From: a phage
Assembly: GCA_020619395.1 (NCBI GenBank)
Contig: GCA_020619395.1_4860.1
Length of the DNA: 64,000 bases
Strand: one strand, 5' to 3'
The number at the start of each line of letters is the position of its first letter. Position 1 is the stretch's first letter. The position numbers were made by a program, and so were the translations under genes. Under the pieces are notes generated by a model. That model had not been told where the DNA came from, searched no databases, and worked only from the letters and a program-made list of their open reading frames with translations. This document shows positions 10,690 through 19,850 of the stretch, piece after piece.

Positions 10690-10722
10690 ACATCACCTTG
10701 TTACAAGGGAATAGATTAAAAG

Positions 10723-11253
10723 TTAGAGATAGTGTTCCACTATCACTTCTAACTCGCGGAAGATATGTGCGGTTTGATTAAACAGCGTATCCTGTTCGGG
10801 TGTTTGTTTATCAAATGCACGCTGATACAGTTCTAACATAGCGAAGACTGTGCGCAGTTTATCGCGCGCGACTTCAGGATCGGATGCACCGAAATAATGA
10901 TCAAGCCATCGTGGTTCTGAACTCTCTCCTTTTCTATCGATTGCCTCAGGCAACTCTAACCAACGTTGATTGGGAATGTTGCTACTGGATACACGGTTAT
11001 ACTCAGAAATGAAGAATTCCAATCGCTCCACCAACGTGTCAAAATCTCGAATACGTAATTCGAGTTGTCCACGCAATGAAAAAGGAAGGTATTCTTTCCC
11101 ATTATATTCCAGAGGCTCTGTAATGAGTTCTAAGCCCACCATCACTCTGTGTAGGGTGTTATGGGTATTCTTATGAAACTCAGCCTCCAAAGAGCGTCTG
11201 CGAGCTTCTACAGCCTTACGACGCAGGAGTGTTGAAAGCCATTTAAAAAGCAT
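10723..11253 (-). CDS. hypothetical protein
   Basis: 176-aa ORF. Confidence 0.5.
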   Translation of the reverse strand: MLFKWLSTLLRRKAVEARRRSLEAEFHKNTHNTLHRVMVGLELITEPLEYNGKEYLPFSLRGQLELRIRDFDTLVERLEFFISEYNRVSSSNIPNQRWLELPEAIDRKGESSEPRWLDHYFGASDPEVARDKLRTVFAMLELYQRAFDKQTPEQDTLFNQTAHIFRELEVIVEHYL

Positions 11254-11280
11254 AGGTGTTATCCTATTATGAGATGTTGT

Positions 11281-11305
11281 CTCAGATAGATAATATCTGT
11301 CTGAG
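11281..11305. promoter_or_regulatory. palindromic intergenic motif CTCAGATAGATAATATCTGTCTGAG (candidate operator/promoter element)
   Basis: imperfect 25-nt palindrome in divergent intergenic region; core AGATAATATCT recurs at 19832, 28925 and, degenerate, at 35864, 41449, 37685. Confidence 0.4.
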
Positions 11306-11329
11306 TTCTTTTTGAGATGAGGTTATCCC

Positions 11330-11800
11330 ATGAGCGAAGAAGTGAAATACCAAGCGTTCGACGGAGATGTGGACAACGAAGATTCGCTTCTCCGCCAAAC
11401 ACAACAGCTACGCGTTAAGCTCGTCACAGATATGGTGAACGACGGTGAAGTACACAAAGACTTAAAAGCCGTCGACCGAATCGAACGCCTAATCAACGGC
11501 ATCGACAAACAGGTCATGACGAAGCGGAAAATTAAAGCTGCTGAGAAAGGCGCTGAGGCGACTCAAGATTTGGCCAACAGTTTAAACGGCTTCTTAATGA
11601 CCCGTGCAGGCGTTGGTATCAAACGTCACGACGATGAAGAAGATTTAAATAACGGATACCAACCCACCGTCCCACAGATTGCCGCAGTACGGCCTCCGAA
11701 AGAAGGTGAGTTGGCACCAGTAGGCGAAAAGATTGACGTTGACCAGATCATGGCGTCTGCGTTTGCGAGTCGTCGTCCTGCTGATGACGACGAAGACTAA
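11330..11800 (+). CDS. hypothetical acidic protein
   Basis: 156-aa ORF, lone plus-strand gene; ATG preceded by motif region. Confidence 0.5.
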   Translation: MSEEVKYQAFDGDVDNEDSLLRQTQQLRVKLVTDMVNDGEVHKDLKAVDRIERLINGIDKQVMTKRKIKAAEKGAEATQDLANSLNGFLMTRAGVGIKRHDDEEDLNNGYQPTVPQIAAVRPPKEGELAPVGEKIDVDQIMASAFASRRPADDDED

Positions 11801-12476
11801 ACAGCGCAGTGTCCTTTACGTCAGTACCGACGTATTGAGCAAGAAAACGGGTGGACTCCTTAAAGGGGTTCACCTTATCTCTTTTTATTTGCGCGATGGC
11901 TTCTTCCGTTAATTCGCTGGTCAGCATACTCGGTCGGGTAATGGTGAAATCCGGAATCGGTTTCTGGAAATGGCCCGCGTGTTGTTCTATCCACGGGTAC
12001 CAGTCGTACATTATCCAACCGTCCCACGCCGAAGCAAGTCGTCCTGGTGTAAGATCGCTGTGAGGAATAACAACGACGTCTACTTGCACTTCGTTATAGT
12101 AGTAACGCAGTTCTTCCAAAAACGCATGACGTTCTTCATCATCGAGATCAGCGTACGGCCACAGGTTAAACGTTAAGACTGGTCGCTCGATAGGAGCGTG
12201 CATCTGTATCGTCATTAACATTGCCTGTACTTCGTTCTTTAGCGTAAGCAACATTTCTGTTGGCTGCGCGTTCTGCAACGCGCGTTTATCACGCTCCGCG
12301 AACTTTTTATTCCAGTCCTGAATTCCTACCACTTCGGCCCACGCATCCGTGAACCGCATCCGATACACTTCTAAATCAAGCTTCTCTAATACATCAGGCT
12401 GCAACACTTTCGCCCAACCAATTCGTGTATCGAAGATTGTGTCGATATCGACTAAGAAACGGCGTCCTAATCTCAT
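11748..12476 (-). CDS. hypothetical protein
   Basis: 242-aa ORF; 3' end overlaps convergent plus gene by about 53 nt. Confidence 0.5.
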   Translation of the reverse strand: MRLGRRFLVDIDTIFDTRIGWAKVLQPDVLEKLDLEVYRMRFTDAWAEVVGIQDWNKKFAERDKRALQNAQPTEMLLTLKNEVQAMLMTIQMHAPIERPVLTFNLWPYADLDDEERHAFLEELRYYYNEVQVDVVVIPHSDLTPGRLASAWDGWIMYDWYPWIEQHAGHFQKPIPDFTITRPSMLTSELTEEAIAQIKRDKVNPFKESTRFLAQYVGTDVKDTALFSLRRHQQDDDSQTQTP

Positions 12477-13141
12477 TCCGGGCGTCCTAAGTTGTTACCG
12501 ATGTGCATTGCTTTAAAGTACGAAGACCATGTACGCGGCGCTTTTGAACTGGTACGCTCAGCCCCTTCCAGGTTGATGCGACCTTTACCGGTTTGCCGTA
12601 GCGATTGATAGAACGCACGTTGTAACGTATCGTTACCACCACGCGCCCACAGGAACTCCTGGAGCGTTGAGTCGTGTCCATCCGAGTACATGATGTACGC
12701 TTCTGGAAACGAAACACCCGAAGCTTTGGAAGGCCCTACTACCTGACCTGAGAGTTTATCGCGGACTTTATCGTTCTTCGCCACCGCCATTTTCTTCTCT
12801 TGCATCTGCGTCTGGCGACGTGCAGGTAGCCGGAAGACTAAATGGGGGTAACGGGTACGCTGTAGGATACCGGTTTTCGGTTCCGTGAGCCACAGGCGCT
12901 GACACAAGTTCAGTCCCATCGCTTCGCAAATTTTAATATTGCGCATATGGTCAATTTTGACCTTGCCGCCAGTTGGGTTGTAAACAGGCAACCCTTCGCG
13001 CAGACGATTGAACTCTTCGTCAGACATTCGTGAGAAAGCGCGCTTGGCAGCTTCCGCGTTAATCCCGGTCGGGTCAACTAAGTTCAGTAACTGTAAAGCA
13101 TAAGCTTCTGCTTTTTTTCGCCGTGCCGGGTCTAATCTCAT
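12473..13141 (-). CDS. hypothetical protein
   Basis: 222-aa ORF, 4-nt overlap with downstream gene. Confidence 0.5.
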   Translation of the reverse strand: MRLDPARRKKAEAYALQLLNLVDPTGINAEAAKRAFSRMSDEEFNRLREGLPVYNPTGGKVKIDHMRNIKICEAMGLNLCQRLWLTEPKTGILQRTRYPHLVFRLPARRQTQMQEKKMAVAKNDKVRDKLSGQVVGPSKASGVSFPEAYIMYSDGHDSTLQEFLWARGGNDTLQRAFYQSLRQTGKGRINLEGAERTSSKAPRTWSSYFKAMHIGNNLGRPE

Positions 13142-13413
13142 TTTTTCATCCTCTCACGGAGCACTGGAAGAACCACACGTTCCAGGTCTTCAATCCAGTA
13201 CGGGATATCTTCATTGTGTTCAGGCACACCGACCGCATCAACCTTCGGTTTATCATTAATCAGGTTGCCGTAATGGGCATTTACCTGATGACTAAATTCA
13301 GACAGTGCATGTCGCGGTGCTGAGAACTCGTTATGGAACGCGGTGCTAAGTTCCTGGCTAATACCAGCGAGACCCAGACACAGACGCTCTACAATATCTT
13401 TCTGATAACGCAT
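13138..13413 (-). CDS. hypothetical protein
   Basis: 91-aa ORF, 4-nt overlap coupling. Confidence 0.45.
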   Translation of the reverse strand: MRYQKDIVERLCLGLAGISQELSTAFHNEFSAPRHALSEFSHQVNAHYGNLINDKPKVDAVGVPEHNEDIPYWIEDLERVVLPVLRERMKK

Positions 13414-13425
13414 CGCTAATCCTCA

Positions 13426-13456
13426 GGGGGAAAAAACAGGCGGGTTGCCCCGCCCA
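13426..13456 (-). terminator. rho-independent terminator
   Basis: GC stem ggcggg/cccgcc followed by T-run on minus strand. Confidence 0.5.
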
Positions 13457-13459
13457 TGC

Positions 13460-14953
13460 TTATTTCTTCTTAGTCAAGAACTTAGGTTCCAGACCATCCA
13501 CGGCCATCGCCAGTAATGACATTGCTGTTAAGCAACGCTTACCACCTTTGACTTCCTGATCCTTGAACATCCAGTATTCCACTGTATTGTCCAGAATTTC
13601 ATTCCAGTCCCACTTTTCGTCGATAACTTTATAAAGCTCCGCCGGTGAGAGATGGTATTTCATTTCCAGTCGGTGGTAGTTATTCTGCATGTACGCTAAT
13701 GCGGCGGTGATTTCCAACGCACGGCGCAAACGCGGGTTGGTGTCACACATGTCGCGAATCGTGGTACGCATGAAAGATGTACCAGGTAGCAAATCGAGGG
13801 TATAATTAGCACCACTACGTTTGTAGCCCCATTCATCTTTCAGTGTGTCGCTCAGGTAATGCCACAGTGAGAGGTGATAAAGCAGACCCATCTCCTGTGA
13901 GAAGACCATTTTGAACTTAACGCCTGTGTGACCACCTTTCGCACGGTACTGCGTGAACACGATTTCTTTCAGGTCGTTCACCGAAGCATTCATTGCTTTC
14001 GAACGCGCAGTCGGGTATTTCTCTTCGTTTACACCGGTCTTCGCGTTGTAAGTCTGATCCTGCTTCAACTCACCAGACTTGGTTGCAACCAGCAGGGAGT
14101 TAGTTAAGAACGACAACTGACGGCGCGGGATACCCGCAAACTTCAGATCATCGCCTGCATCGTCCAACAGTTTACCGTTCGCCTTCGGTCCACCACGGCC
14201 ACCTGCCGCCATTGCTTTACCCGCATCGTCGGCCAACTGAGCAACGAAGCCCATATAGAAACCACCACGCGCAAACGCAGACGGCCAACGGCTCATCATG
14301 TTCGATTTCTGCAGCGCATCGTGGGCGTTCAGGATGTTCTGTTCAGAATCACCGACCTCTGATTTGGCGTGTTTCTCTTCCAGGGAAGAGGTGTGCCATT
14401 CGGACAGGGAGTCAATCGAGTACAACCACGGGTCGAGAATCTTTTTCGCAGAGCGACGGATTGGGTCCGGGAACGGTGTTTCACGTGCCTTACCAGCCAT
14501 ATACTCTTTGAAACGTTTTTCGACTTCGTCACGGATATAAGCAGAGTAATACTCCTCACCCGCCATGATATCCGAGCCAACCATGTTGTAACGACCTTCG
14601 TGGATCAGGTCCAGCACGCCGCCTGTTGGTGATACTTCTAATCCGTTTGCTTTCGCAGCGGAGATATACCCCGTTTCCAGACGACTTAATGCTGCCGTAA
14701 CTTCGGTATCGTATTTCGATCCCCAGGCTGCATTATAACGTTGCAGAATCATGAAAATGCAGAAGTCTAATAAGGTAGACTTAAAAGTGTTCCCACGACC
14801 TGCGAAGCCCATGATGTGGGCAAAACCACCGTTGAGGTAGTACAAACCATCTTCCCCGCGCTCGTAGTTACCGAGAGCGTGGTCCATGATGGTATATACG
14901 TTAAAACGAGGGCGAATTACTTCACCCATGACTTGTTTAGCTGGACCTGCCAT
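13460..14953 (-). CDS. hypothetical protein with variant P-loop-like motif (possible RecA/UvsX-like ATPase; uncertain)
   Basis: 497-aa ORF; GFAGRGNTFKST near residue 50 resembles the UvsX-type Walker A variant (G-P-S-K-S-F-K-S); no other motif confirmed. Confidence 0.5.
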   Translation of the reverse strand: MAGPAKQVMGEVIRPRFNVYTIMDHALGNYERGEDGLYYLNGGFAHIMGFAGRGNTFKSTLLDFCIFMILQRYNAAWGSKYDTEVTAALSRLETGYISAAKANGLEVSPTGGVLDLIHEGRYNMVGSDIMAGEEYYSAYIRDEVEKRFKEYMAGKARETPFPDPIRRSAKKILDPWLYSIDSLSEWHTSSLEEKHAKSEVGDSEQNILNAHDALQKSNMMSRWPSAFARGGFYMGFVAQLADDAGKAMAAGGRGGPKANGKLLDDAGDDLKFAGIPRRQLSFLTNSLLVATKSGELKQDQTYNAKTGVNEEKYPTARSKAMNASVNDLKEIVFTQYRAKGGHTGVKFKMVFSQEMGLLYHLSLWHYLSDTLKDEWGYKRSGANYTLDLLPGTSFMRTTIRDMCDTNPRLRRALEITAALAYMQNNYHRLEMKYHLSPAELYKVIDEKWDWNEILDNTVEYWMFKDQEVKGGKRCLTAMSLLAMAVDGLEPKFLTKKK

Positions 14954-14968
14954 TTAGCGCTCCGTCAA

Positions 14969-15268
14969 TTAGCGTTTTTTCAGTGGGAGTAACAGACGAC
15001 GTTTATGCCAAACTTCGAAATGCATTTCTGCCCACTCGGTGACTTGACTGTCATCTTTAGGGTTGATATTAGAAATGCCCTTGAAGCGGTTACGGTTACG
15101 TTCGTCGATTTCGATTTCCAGAACGCGCTGACCATCAGCACGAGTGGTCACGTTCAGGATTTTACCAACCACGATCGGACTACCATCGGTATTCTTCTTC
15201 GTCGGGGTGGTGTAAATCTCAGGTTCGATACGAGAGGTTAAAGCGCGAGTCAGTAATTTGATTCTCAT
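14969..15268 (-). CDS. hypothetical protein
   Basis: 99-aa ORF. Confidence 0.45.
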   Translation of the reverse strand: MRIKLLTRALTSRIEPEIYTTPTKKNTDGSPIVVGKILNVTTRADGQRVLEIEIDERNRNRFKGISNINPKDDSQVTEWAEMHFEVWHKRRLLLPLKKR

Positions 15269-15366
15269 CAGGTGTTACCTTTTTGCAGTTCTCGTACATA
15301 AGGTTTGGGTGATACGTAAAAGACTTACTATGTAGCCCAATCCCTTATATATTCGAGGTTGATAGA

Positions 15367-16122
15367 ATGAATGTTAATCCACTTGCAGCGTTGTCGGGCT
15401 TTGTTGCCAAAGCATCCACGATTCTGCCTAAAGCCTTTAGCGGCTCTCAACAGGAACTCGCGCTGACCACCTATGACGACATGTCTGATGTGTCCAAGTG
15501 GATGCAGCAAGAGAAGTTTTTAAACTTTACCGGAATGCTTGTACCCGTACCTCCGGGCTTCAACACGTATGTGATGGACCACATAGAACGGTTGGAATCT
15601 GTATGGGCTGTGCTCCAGAAGATTCAGGAAGGGGTTTTAACACCCATCGATAAACGTTTCGGCGCGATGACCCATGACCTGGGCATGTTAACTCTGCCGA
15701 TTGGGTTTAAGTTCAAAGACCTGAACTACCCGCTGAAAAATATCAATCCAAAAGATCTGGTTGAGAAACTGGCGAAGTCGTATACCAACAACGTCATTGA
15801 CCAGCGTCCGATTGAAAAGACCTACCACAGTGCAGGCGAGATCGATGTTGCATTTAATCGTGCCAAAGCGCTGAACCTGGAAGTGACTAAGAAACTTCAG
15901 AAAAGTATTGATCGTACAGTTGAAAGCATCAATGTCTCTGTGGACATTATCTCTAATTCACAAGTCCATCCTAATGTGGCGGCAGAGTTAGTGAAAATGG
16001 CTGACATGGGTGCTGACTGGGTTGAGCTGTTCGGACTGTTTATGAAACAGATTAATGAACTGACAGAATGCCTGAACGTAACCGGTGATCGCCTCAAGAC
16101 CCTGAAAGCAAACAAAAAATAA
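15367..16122 (+). CDS. hypothetical protein
   Basis: 251-aa ORF on plus strand followed by strong terminator. Confidence 0.55.
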   Translation: MNVNPLAALSGFVAKASTILPKAFSGSQQELALTTYDDMSDVSKWMQQEKFLNFTGMLVPVPPGFNTYVMDHIERLESVWAVLQKIQEGVLTPIDKRFGAMTHDLGMLTLPIGFKFKDLNYPLKNINPKDLVEKLAKSYTNNVIDQRPIEKTYHSAGEIDVAFNRAKALNLEVTKKLQKSIDRTVESINVSVDIISNSQVHPNVAAELVKMADMGADWVELFGLFMKQINELTECLNVTGDRLKTLKANKK

Positions 16123-16135
16123 AAAAAATAAGCAT

Positions 16136-16176
16136 TACCCACTCCCCTTATGGGAGTGGGTAGGCTTTATTTTATT
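16136..16176. terminator. bidirectional rho-independent terminator (CCCACTCCC/GGGAGTGGG family)
   Basis: 9-bp GC stem, 5-nt loop, T-runs on both sides; between convergent genes. Confidence 0.65.
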
Positions 16177-17095
16177 TGCATTTAGAACCGTTGACAAATG
16201 TCGGCGGTATCCATTTCAAAATCTTTGTCCGATTCCCGTCACGTGGACCGAGCCAGTAAGTACGCCAGTGTGCACGACGCATATGCGCACATCTGCTACC
16301 TTGTGTTCTTTTCTCCGTATCAGTATCAAATTCTTCAAGATACTCGCTTTGTGCTTTTACGGTGGAGAGGACAGTCGGTTTAGATTTTGGTTCAATGTGG
16401 TAATTGGCGATACGTTTCTTTCCAGTTAATTGTCTCAGTTTGACGGGTGTAGGGTTGTGCGGGATCAGTGAGAATGTAAACATGGTAGCGCCGACAATGC
16501 GTAACGTTTTCTCATTGGCCGGCGTACCAGTTTCCGCCACACGCAAGGATACAAAGCCGTCACCCACGTCCACGATTTCAAAGGTTTCCCCCTCGATACG
16601 TTTTCCAAAAATCATCATTGTTAAACAATCTTTCCCTTTAAACATTCGCCGACCGAAAACGTAAGTCTTTTCTTGGATACCGATATCTTTAGCGCGATAG
16701 CACACTGAAAAGGAGACGGCCCAACCGGGAATCTTGTCTATCCAGCTGCGTGGTATCTCAGTGAGAACGTCGCCAAGTAGAACTTGTTCAAAAATATTAA
16801 GATCAAATTCCATCTGGATACCCCCGTATCGCCAGCCGTAGGCAAGAGACAGGAAGTCTGCGGTGCATTCTTCGGCGAAGCAGTTCTTTAGGAACGCCTC
16901 AATCGGTATAAAGTGCTGGCCTATCTCGCCACAATGGGCTATTGCGTATTGCTCGATGATGGCGGGATCTCCACTTCTGGATTTCACACGTTCGTCGATT
17001 TTAGTAAGACCGTTTAAGAAATTACTCGGGGATTCGCGCATACCGATTACATCTACATTTACCGATTCTGCCAAATCAAAAAGAAAGCTGTCCAT
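16172..17095 (-). CDS. hypothetical protein
   Basis: 307-aa ORF. Confidence 0.55.
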   Translation of the reverse strand: MDSFLFDLAESVNVDVIGMRESPSNFLNGLTKIDERVKSRSGDPAIIEQYAIAHCGEIGQHFIPIEAFLKNCFAEECTADFLSLAYGWRYGGIQMEFDLNIFEQVLLGDVLTEIPRSWIDKIPGWAVSFSVCYRAKDIGIQEKTYVFGRRMFKGKDCLTMMIFGKRIEGETFEIVDVGDGFVSLRVAETGTPANEKTLRIVGATMFTFSLIPHNPTPVKLRQLTGKKRIANYHIEPKSKPTVLSTVKAQSEYLEEFDTDTEKRTQGSRCAHMRRAHWRTYWLGPRDGNRTKILKWIPPTFVNGSKCK

Positions 17096-17117
17096 TTAAT
17101 ACTCCTTTAGATTAATG

Positions 17118-17160
17118 GTCGATTAAAATAAAACTACGGACACTCCGAAGAGTGTCCGTT
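17118..17160 (-). terminator. rho-independent terminator
   Basis: stem cggacactc/gagtgtccg with cgaa loop, T-run on minus. Confidence 0.6.
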
Positions 17161-17163
17161 TAA

Positions 17164-17706
17164 CTAGAAATTGCCAATAGTGATGGGCTGCATTGGCTCA
17201 ATCACAATTAGTATTTCTTTCAGACGTGAAACGATATGCTCCCAGACCTGTGCTTCGAGGTGACGTAGCATGGTGGTGAACTCACCCATGTACATCTCTT
17301 TATACTCGTCGCGGTTGAGATGTTCCCACGCTTCTTTCAATGGGCCTGCTTCCGGTCCAGACATCTTAATCATCATTTCGATGTCCTTCATTTCATCAAA
17401 GGCTTTACCGACCTTATCAATAACCTCATCGGTCTTGAGTTCGAGTGAGAAGCGACCCATCTTAGACTGCAGGAAGCCGTCTTCAATGTCTTCGTCGTTG
17501 TATTCGAAACACGCAATACGTTGCGCGAGTTGGTGAACTTCATTTACCGCGATATTGACATACGCTGCAGAGATAAGCCCAGCGAGGTGCTGACGATCGA
17601 TATTCTTCGGTATCAGATAGTCTTCACACTTGCGTTTAAACTCGAACAACGCCGCTGGAAATATTTCACGAAATTCGTCATCGAGTAAATCAATGAATAT
17701 TTTCAT
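17164..17706 (-). CDS. hypothetical protein
   Basis: 180-aa ORF. Confidence 0.5.
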   Translation of the reverse strand: MKIFIDLLDDEFREIFPAALFEFKRKCEDYLIPKNIDRQHLAGLISAAYVNIAVNEVHQLAQRIACFEYNDEDIEDGFLQSKMGRFSLELKTDEVIDKVGKAFDEMKDIEMMIKMSGPEAGPLKEAWEHLNRDEYKEMYMGEFTTMLRHLEAQVWEHIVSRLKEILIVIEPMQPITIGNF

Positions 17707-18242
17707 TCAATAGGTTTCCCGTATTTCTCACCGAGGTATAACAACTCACGGCGACAGATAGCCAGCACTTTCATTTCTGCTTCACGATACAACTTGGTGA
17801 TTTTGTCAATGATTGGCTGGTCAACGATGTCAGACCATGTTACCGTGTCCGTAACGTTCGACGTTTGCCCGTTAATGACCACAGCAACATATGTCTCGCC
17901 CAGGTTCTCTTGATGTAACCCCGCCAGAGATTCACCAACCTTATCAAAGGCTTCACTCAATAAGTCGGTGATTTGGTCCGTCCCTTCTACCAGTTCAAAA
18001 CGATGGGGATAATTCAGAATGTTACGCAGCCGCGTGAACATACGTTCAATAAGCTGATTTACCATATCCCCAGTGTCACAGATAGCCACATCTACACCCG
18101 AACCTATTTCGTCAGACAAACGATTTTCGTGGACGGCCAACGCATCGTGAAGTTCAAATTCCACGTCGCGTTTTAATCCTAACAGAATTTCATCTAGCTG
18201 ACGTCTCGACTCCGACAGAGCGAAGTCAATTACGATTTGCAT
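17703..18242 (-). CDS. hypothetical protein
   Basis: 179-aa ORF, 4-nt overlap. Confidence 0.5.
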   Translation of the reverse strand: MQIVIDFALSESRRQLDEILLGLKRDVEFELHDALAVHENRLSDEIGSGVDVAICDTGDMVNQLIERMFTRLRNILNYPHRFELVEGTDQITDLLSEAFDKVGESLAGLHQENLGETYVAVVINGQTSNVTDTVTWSDIVDQPIIDKITKLYREAEMKVLAICRRELLYLGEKYGKPIE

Positions 18243-18252
18243 CTAATGCTCC

Positions 18253-18726
18253 TTAAAAGTTACTTACCTCGGGCTGCGTATACCAGTATCTGCACGCTAC
18301 GAGATCCACAACGTTATATTTCAGTTGTCCACCGTGCTGTGACGTGTCTGCCAATTCATGCGCAAGCTTGTACGCCAAGTCTTCACGGTTGTCGAGGATA
18401 AGCAACACAACACGCTGCACCTCATTAAAGATATCCGGTTCACGTAAACAACTGTAGCGCTCGCTAAGATGCTTAATAACGCCTTTATAAACATCTCCTG
18501 GTACAGCAGTGCCATTTTCTGCTACGTGGAATGAAACAAGCACGATTTTAATTAAAATCTCGACAACCATGGAGTATATCATTCCACGGTTGCCGTTAAT
18601 TTCCACATGCTTTAGATACTCTTGCAAGTCCATCAATGACTCGCTATACACCTTTAACATAGCGACCACCTCTAGTTGGTTGCCGGCCACACCCCTGGCG
18701 ATGGGATTGCATCGTATCCACGCCAT
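18253..18726 (-). CDS. hypothetical protein
   Basis: 157-aa ORF. Confidence 0.5.
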   Translation of the reverse strand: MAWIRCNPIARGVAGNQLEVVAMLKVYSESLMDLQEYLKHVEINGNRGMIYSMVVEILIKIVLVSFHVAENGTAVPGDVYKGVIKHLSERYSCLREPDIFNEVQRVVLLILDNREDLAYKLAHELADTSQHGGQLKYNVVDLVACRYWYTQPEVSNF

Positions 18727-19049
18727 TTCTTAATCACGACAAGGTTCGAGCCTGGAAGGCCATCTAAATCAAAACCAACAGTAGCAACGACATCAACTTC
18801 AACATCCAGCGATACCTGATCGCGACCCTGTGTTCTGAAATGCGCAAGAGACACCAGTTTACCGCCAGTAATCGCAGTATCGCGAATAAGACGTGCCATA
18901 TTGCGCATCTCTACTGTCACTTCTCCACGAATAGCGACACTCAGCGTTGCTTTATTTAACCAGGCTTCTTGTCCCGGTTCGACAATATAGAGAATCACAC
19001 CTTCTTTGTAATACTGTTTTACCATCGTTTCAAATTCGTCTTGCGTCAT
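18672..19049 (-). CDS. hypothetical protein
   Basis: 125-aa ORF. Confidence 0.45.
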   Translation of the reverse strand: MTQDEFETMVKQYYKEGVILYIVEPGQEAWLNKATLSVAIRGEVTVEMRNMARLIRDTAITGGKLVSLAHFRTQGRDQVSLDVEVDVVATVGFDLDGLPGSNLVVIKKWRGYDAIPSPGVWPATN

Positions 19050-19062
19050 TTTAAATACTCCT

Positions 19063-19797
19063 TCAGTAGTTTAGTTTCTCAGCGACTTCTTTACGGATGC
19101 GACACATCACCACCATCGCACCATTCGGAATTTGGCTCACGCAGTTATCCGTGTAAAACTTACCTTCACACAGATAAAAGTCCAGACACATGGCATCGGT
19201 CAGCTCGTGCCACAGGGTGCCGAAACCATACTGCCAAGGGCCGGAATGAACGACATCGTAATCGCCATCAGTTATGCCAAATGCGGCAGTAGCGGAAGAC
19301 CACAGTGTTGAGGAAGTGGTATAAGTGTCATACCAGTAACCGAGCAGACGATGGTTACGACGTATCTCAGCTAACCGCTCGTACATTGGGATGAATACAT
19401 CTTCCACCTGCGTGACAAAATCAGCCAGCATCAACTTTTCCGTGAACCACTCGATCCACGCAAAGATTTGTTCTTCAACGTCTTGTTGGCTTAACCCCGT
19501 GGAAGTAATGCCTTCTTCGTAGGTGTAACCTTCGTAGACATCAACAACATTAATCTCTACATGTTCTAGCGTGAACAACCGTTCGGTGTTGATGCAGTCG
19601 TACATCTCTTGTAACCACGCAGTGAAGACTTCTATACAGACGTTGATGGCTGTGTACTTGAATTCATCGCGCAGTGGATACCACTGTGGGTTATCCTTTA
19701 GTTCGTTCTTCGCGAACGCGGGCCAATGCTTTTCGAACAACGCTTCAAAGAACTGGGGCGTGAGGTTTAAAAGCACTGGCACTTCGACTTTAAGCAT
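19063..19797 (-). CDS. hypothetical protein
   Basis: 244-aa ORF, Trp/Tyr-rich. Confidence 0.5.
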   Translation of the reverse strand: MLKVEVPVLLNLTPQFFEALFEKHWPAFAKNELKDNPQWYPLRDEFKYTAINVCIEVFTAWLQEMYDCINTERLFTLEHVEINVVDVYEGYTYEEGITSTGLSQQDVEEQIFAWIEWFTEKLMLADFVTQVEDVFIPMYERLAEIRRNHRLLGYWYDTYTTSSTLWSSATAAFGITDGDYDVVHSGPWQYGFGTLWHELTDAMCLDFYLCEGKFYTDNCVSQIPNGAMVVMCRIRKEVAEKLNY

Positions 19798-19830
19798 CGT
19801 GAATAAATTCTCCTTAAGGTTACGTCCCTG

Positions 19831-19850
19831 TAGATAATATCTATCTCAGA
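19831..19850. promoter_or_regulatory. palindromic motif TAGATAATATCTATCTCAGA
   Basis: perfect palindrome AGATAATATCT about 33 nt upstream of the minus-strand start at 19797. Confidence 0.4.

Noticed and set aside
13460-14953. Idea that the 497-aa protein is a nicotinamide phosphoribosyltransferase (NadV-like)
   Set aside because: Candidate motif matches (DFGxRG-like, GSGGG-like) occur in the wrong order and positions relative to NAMPT/PncB.
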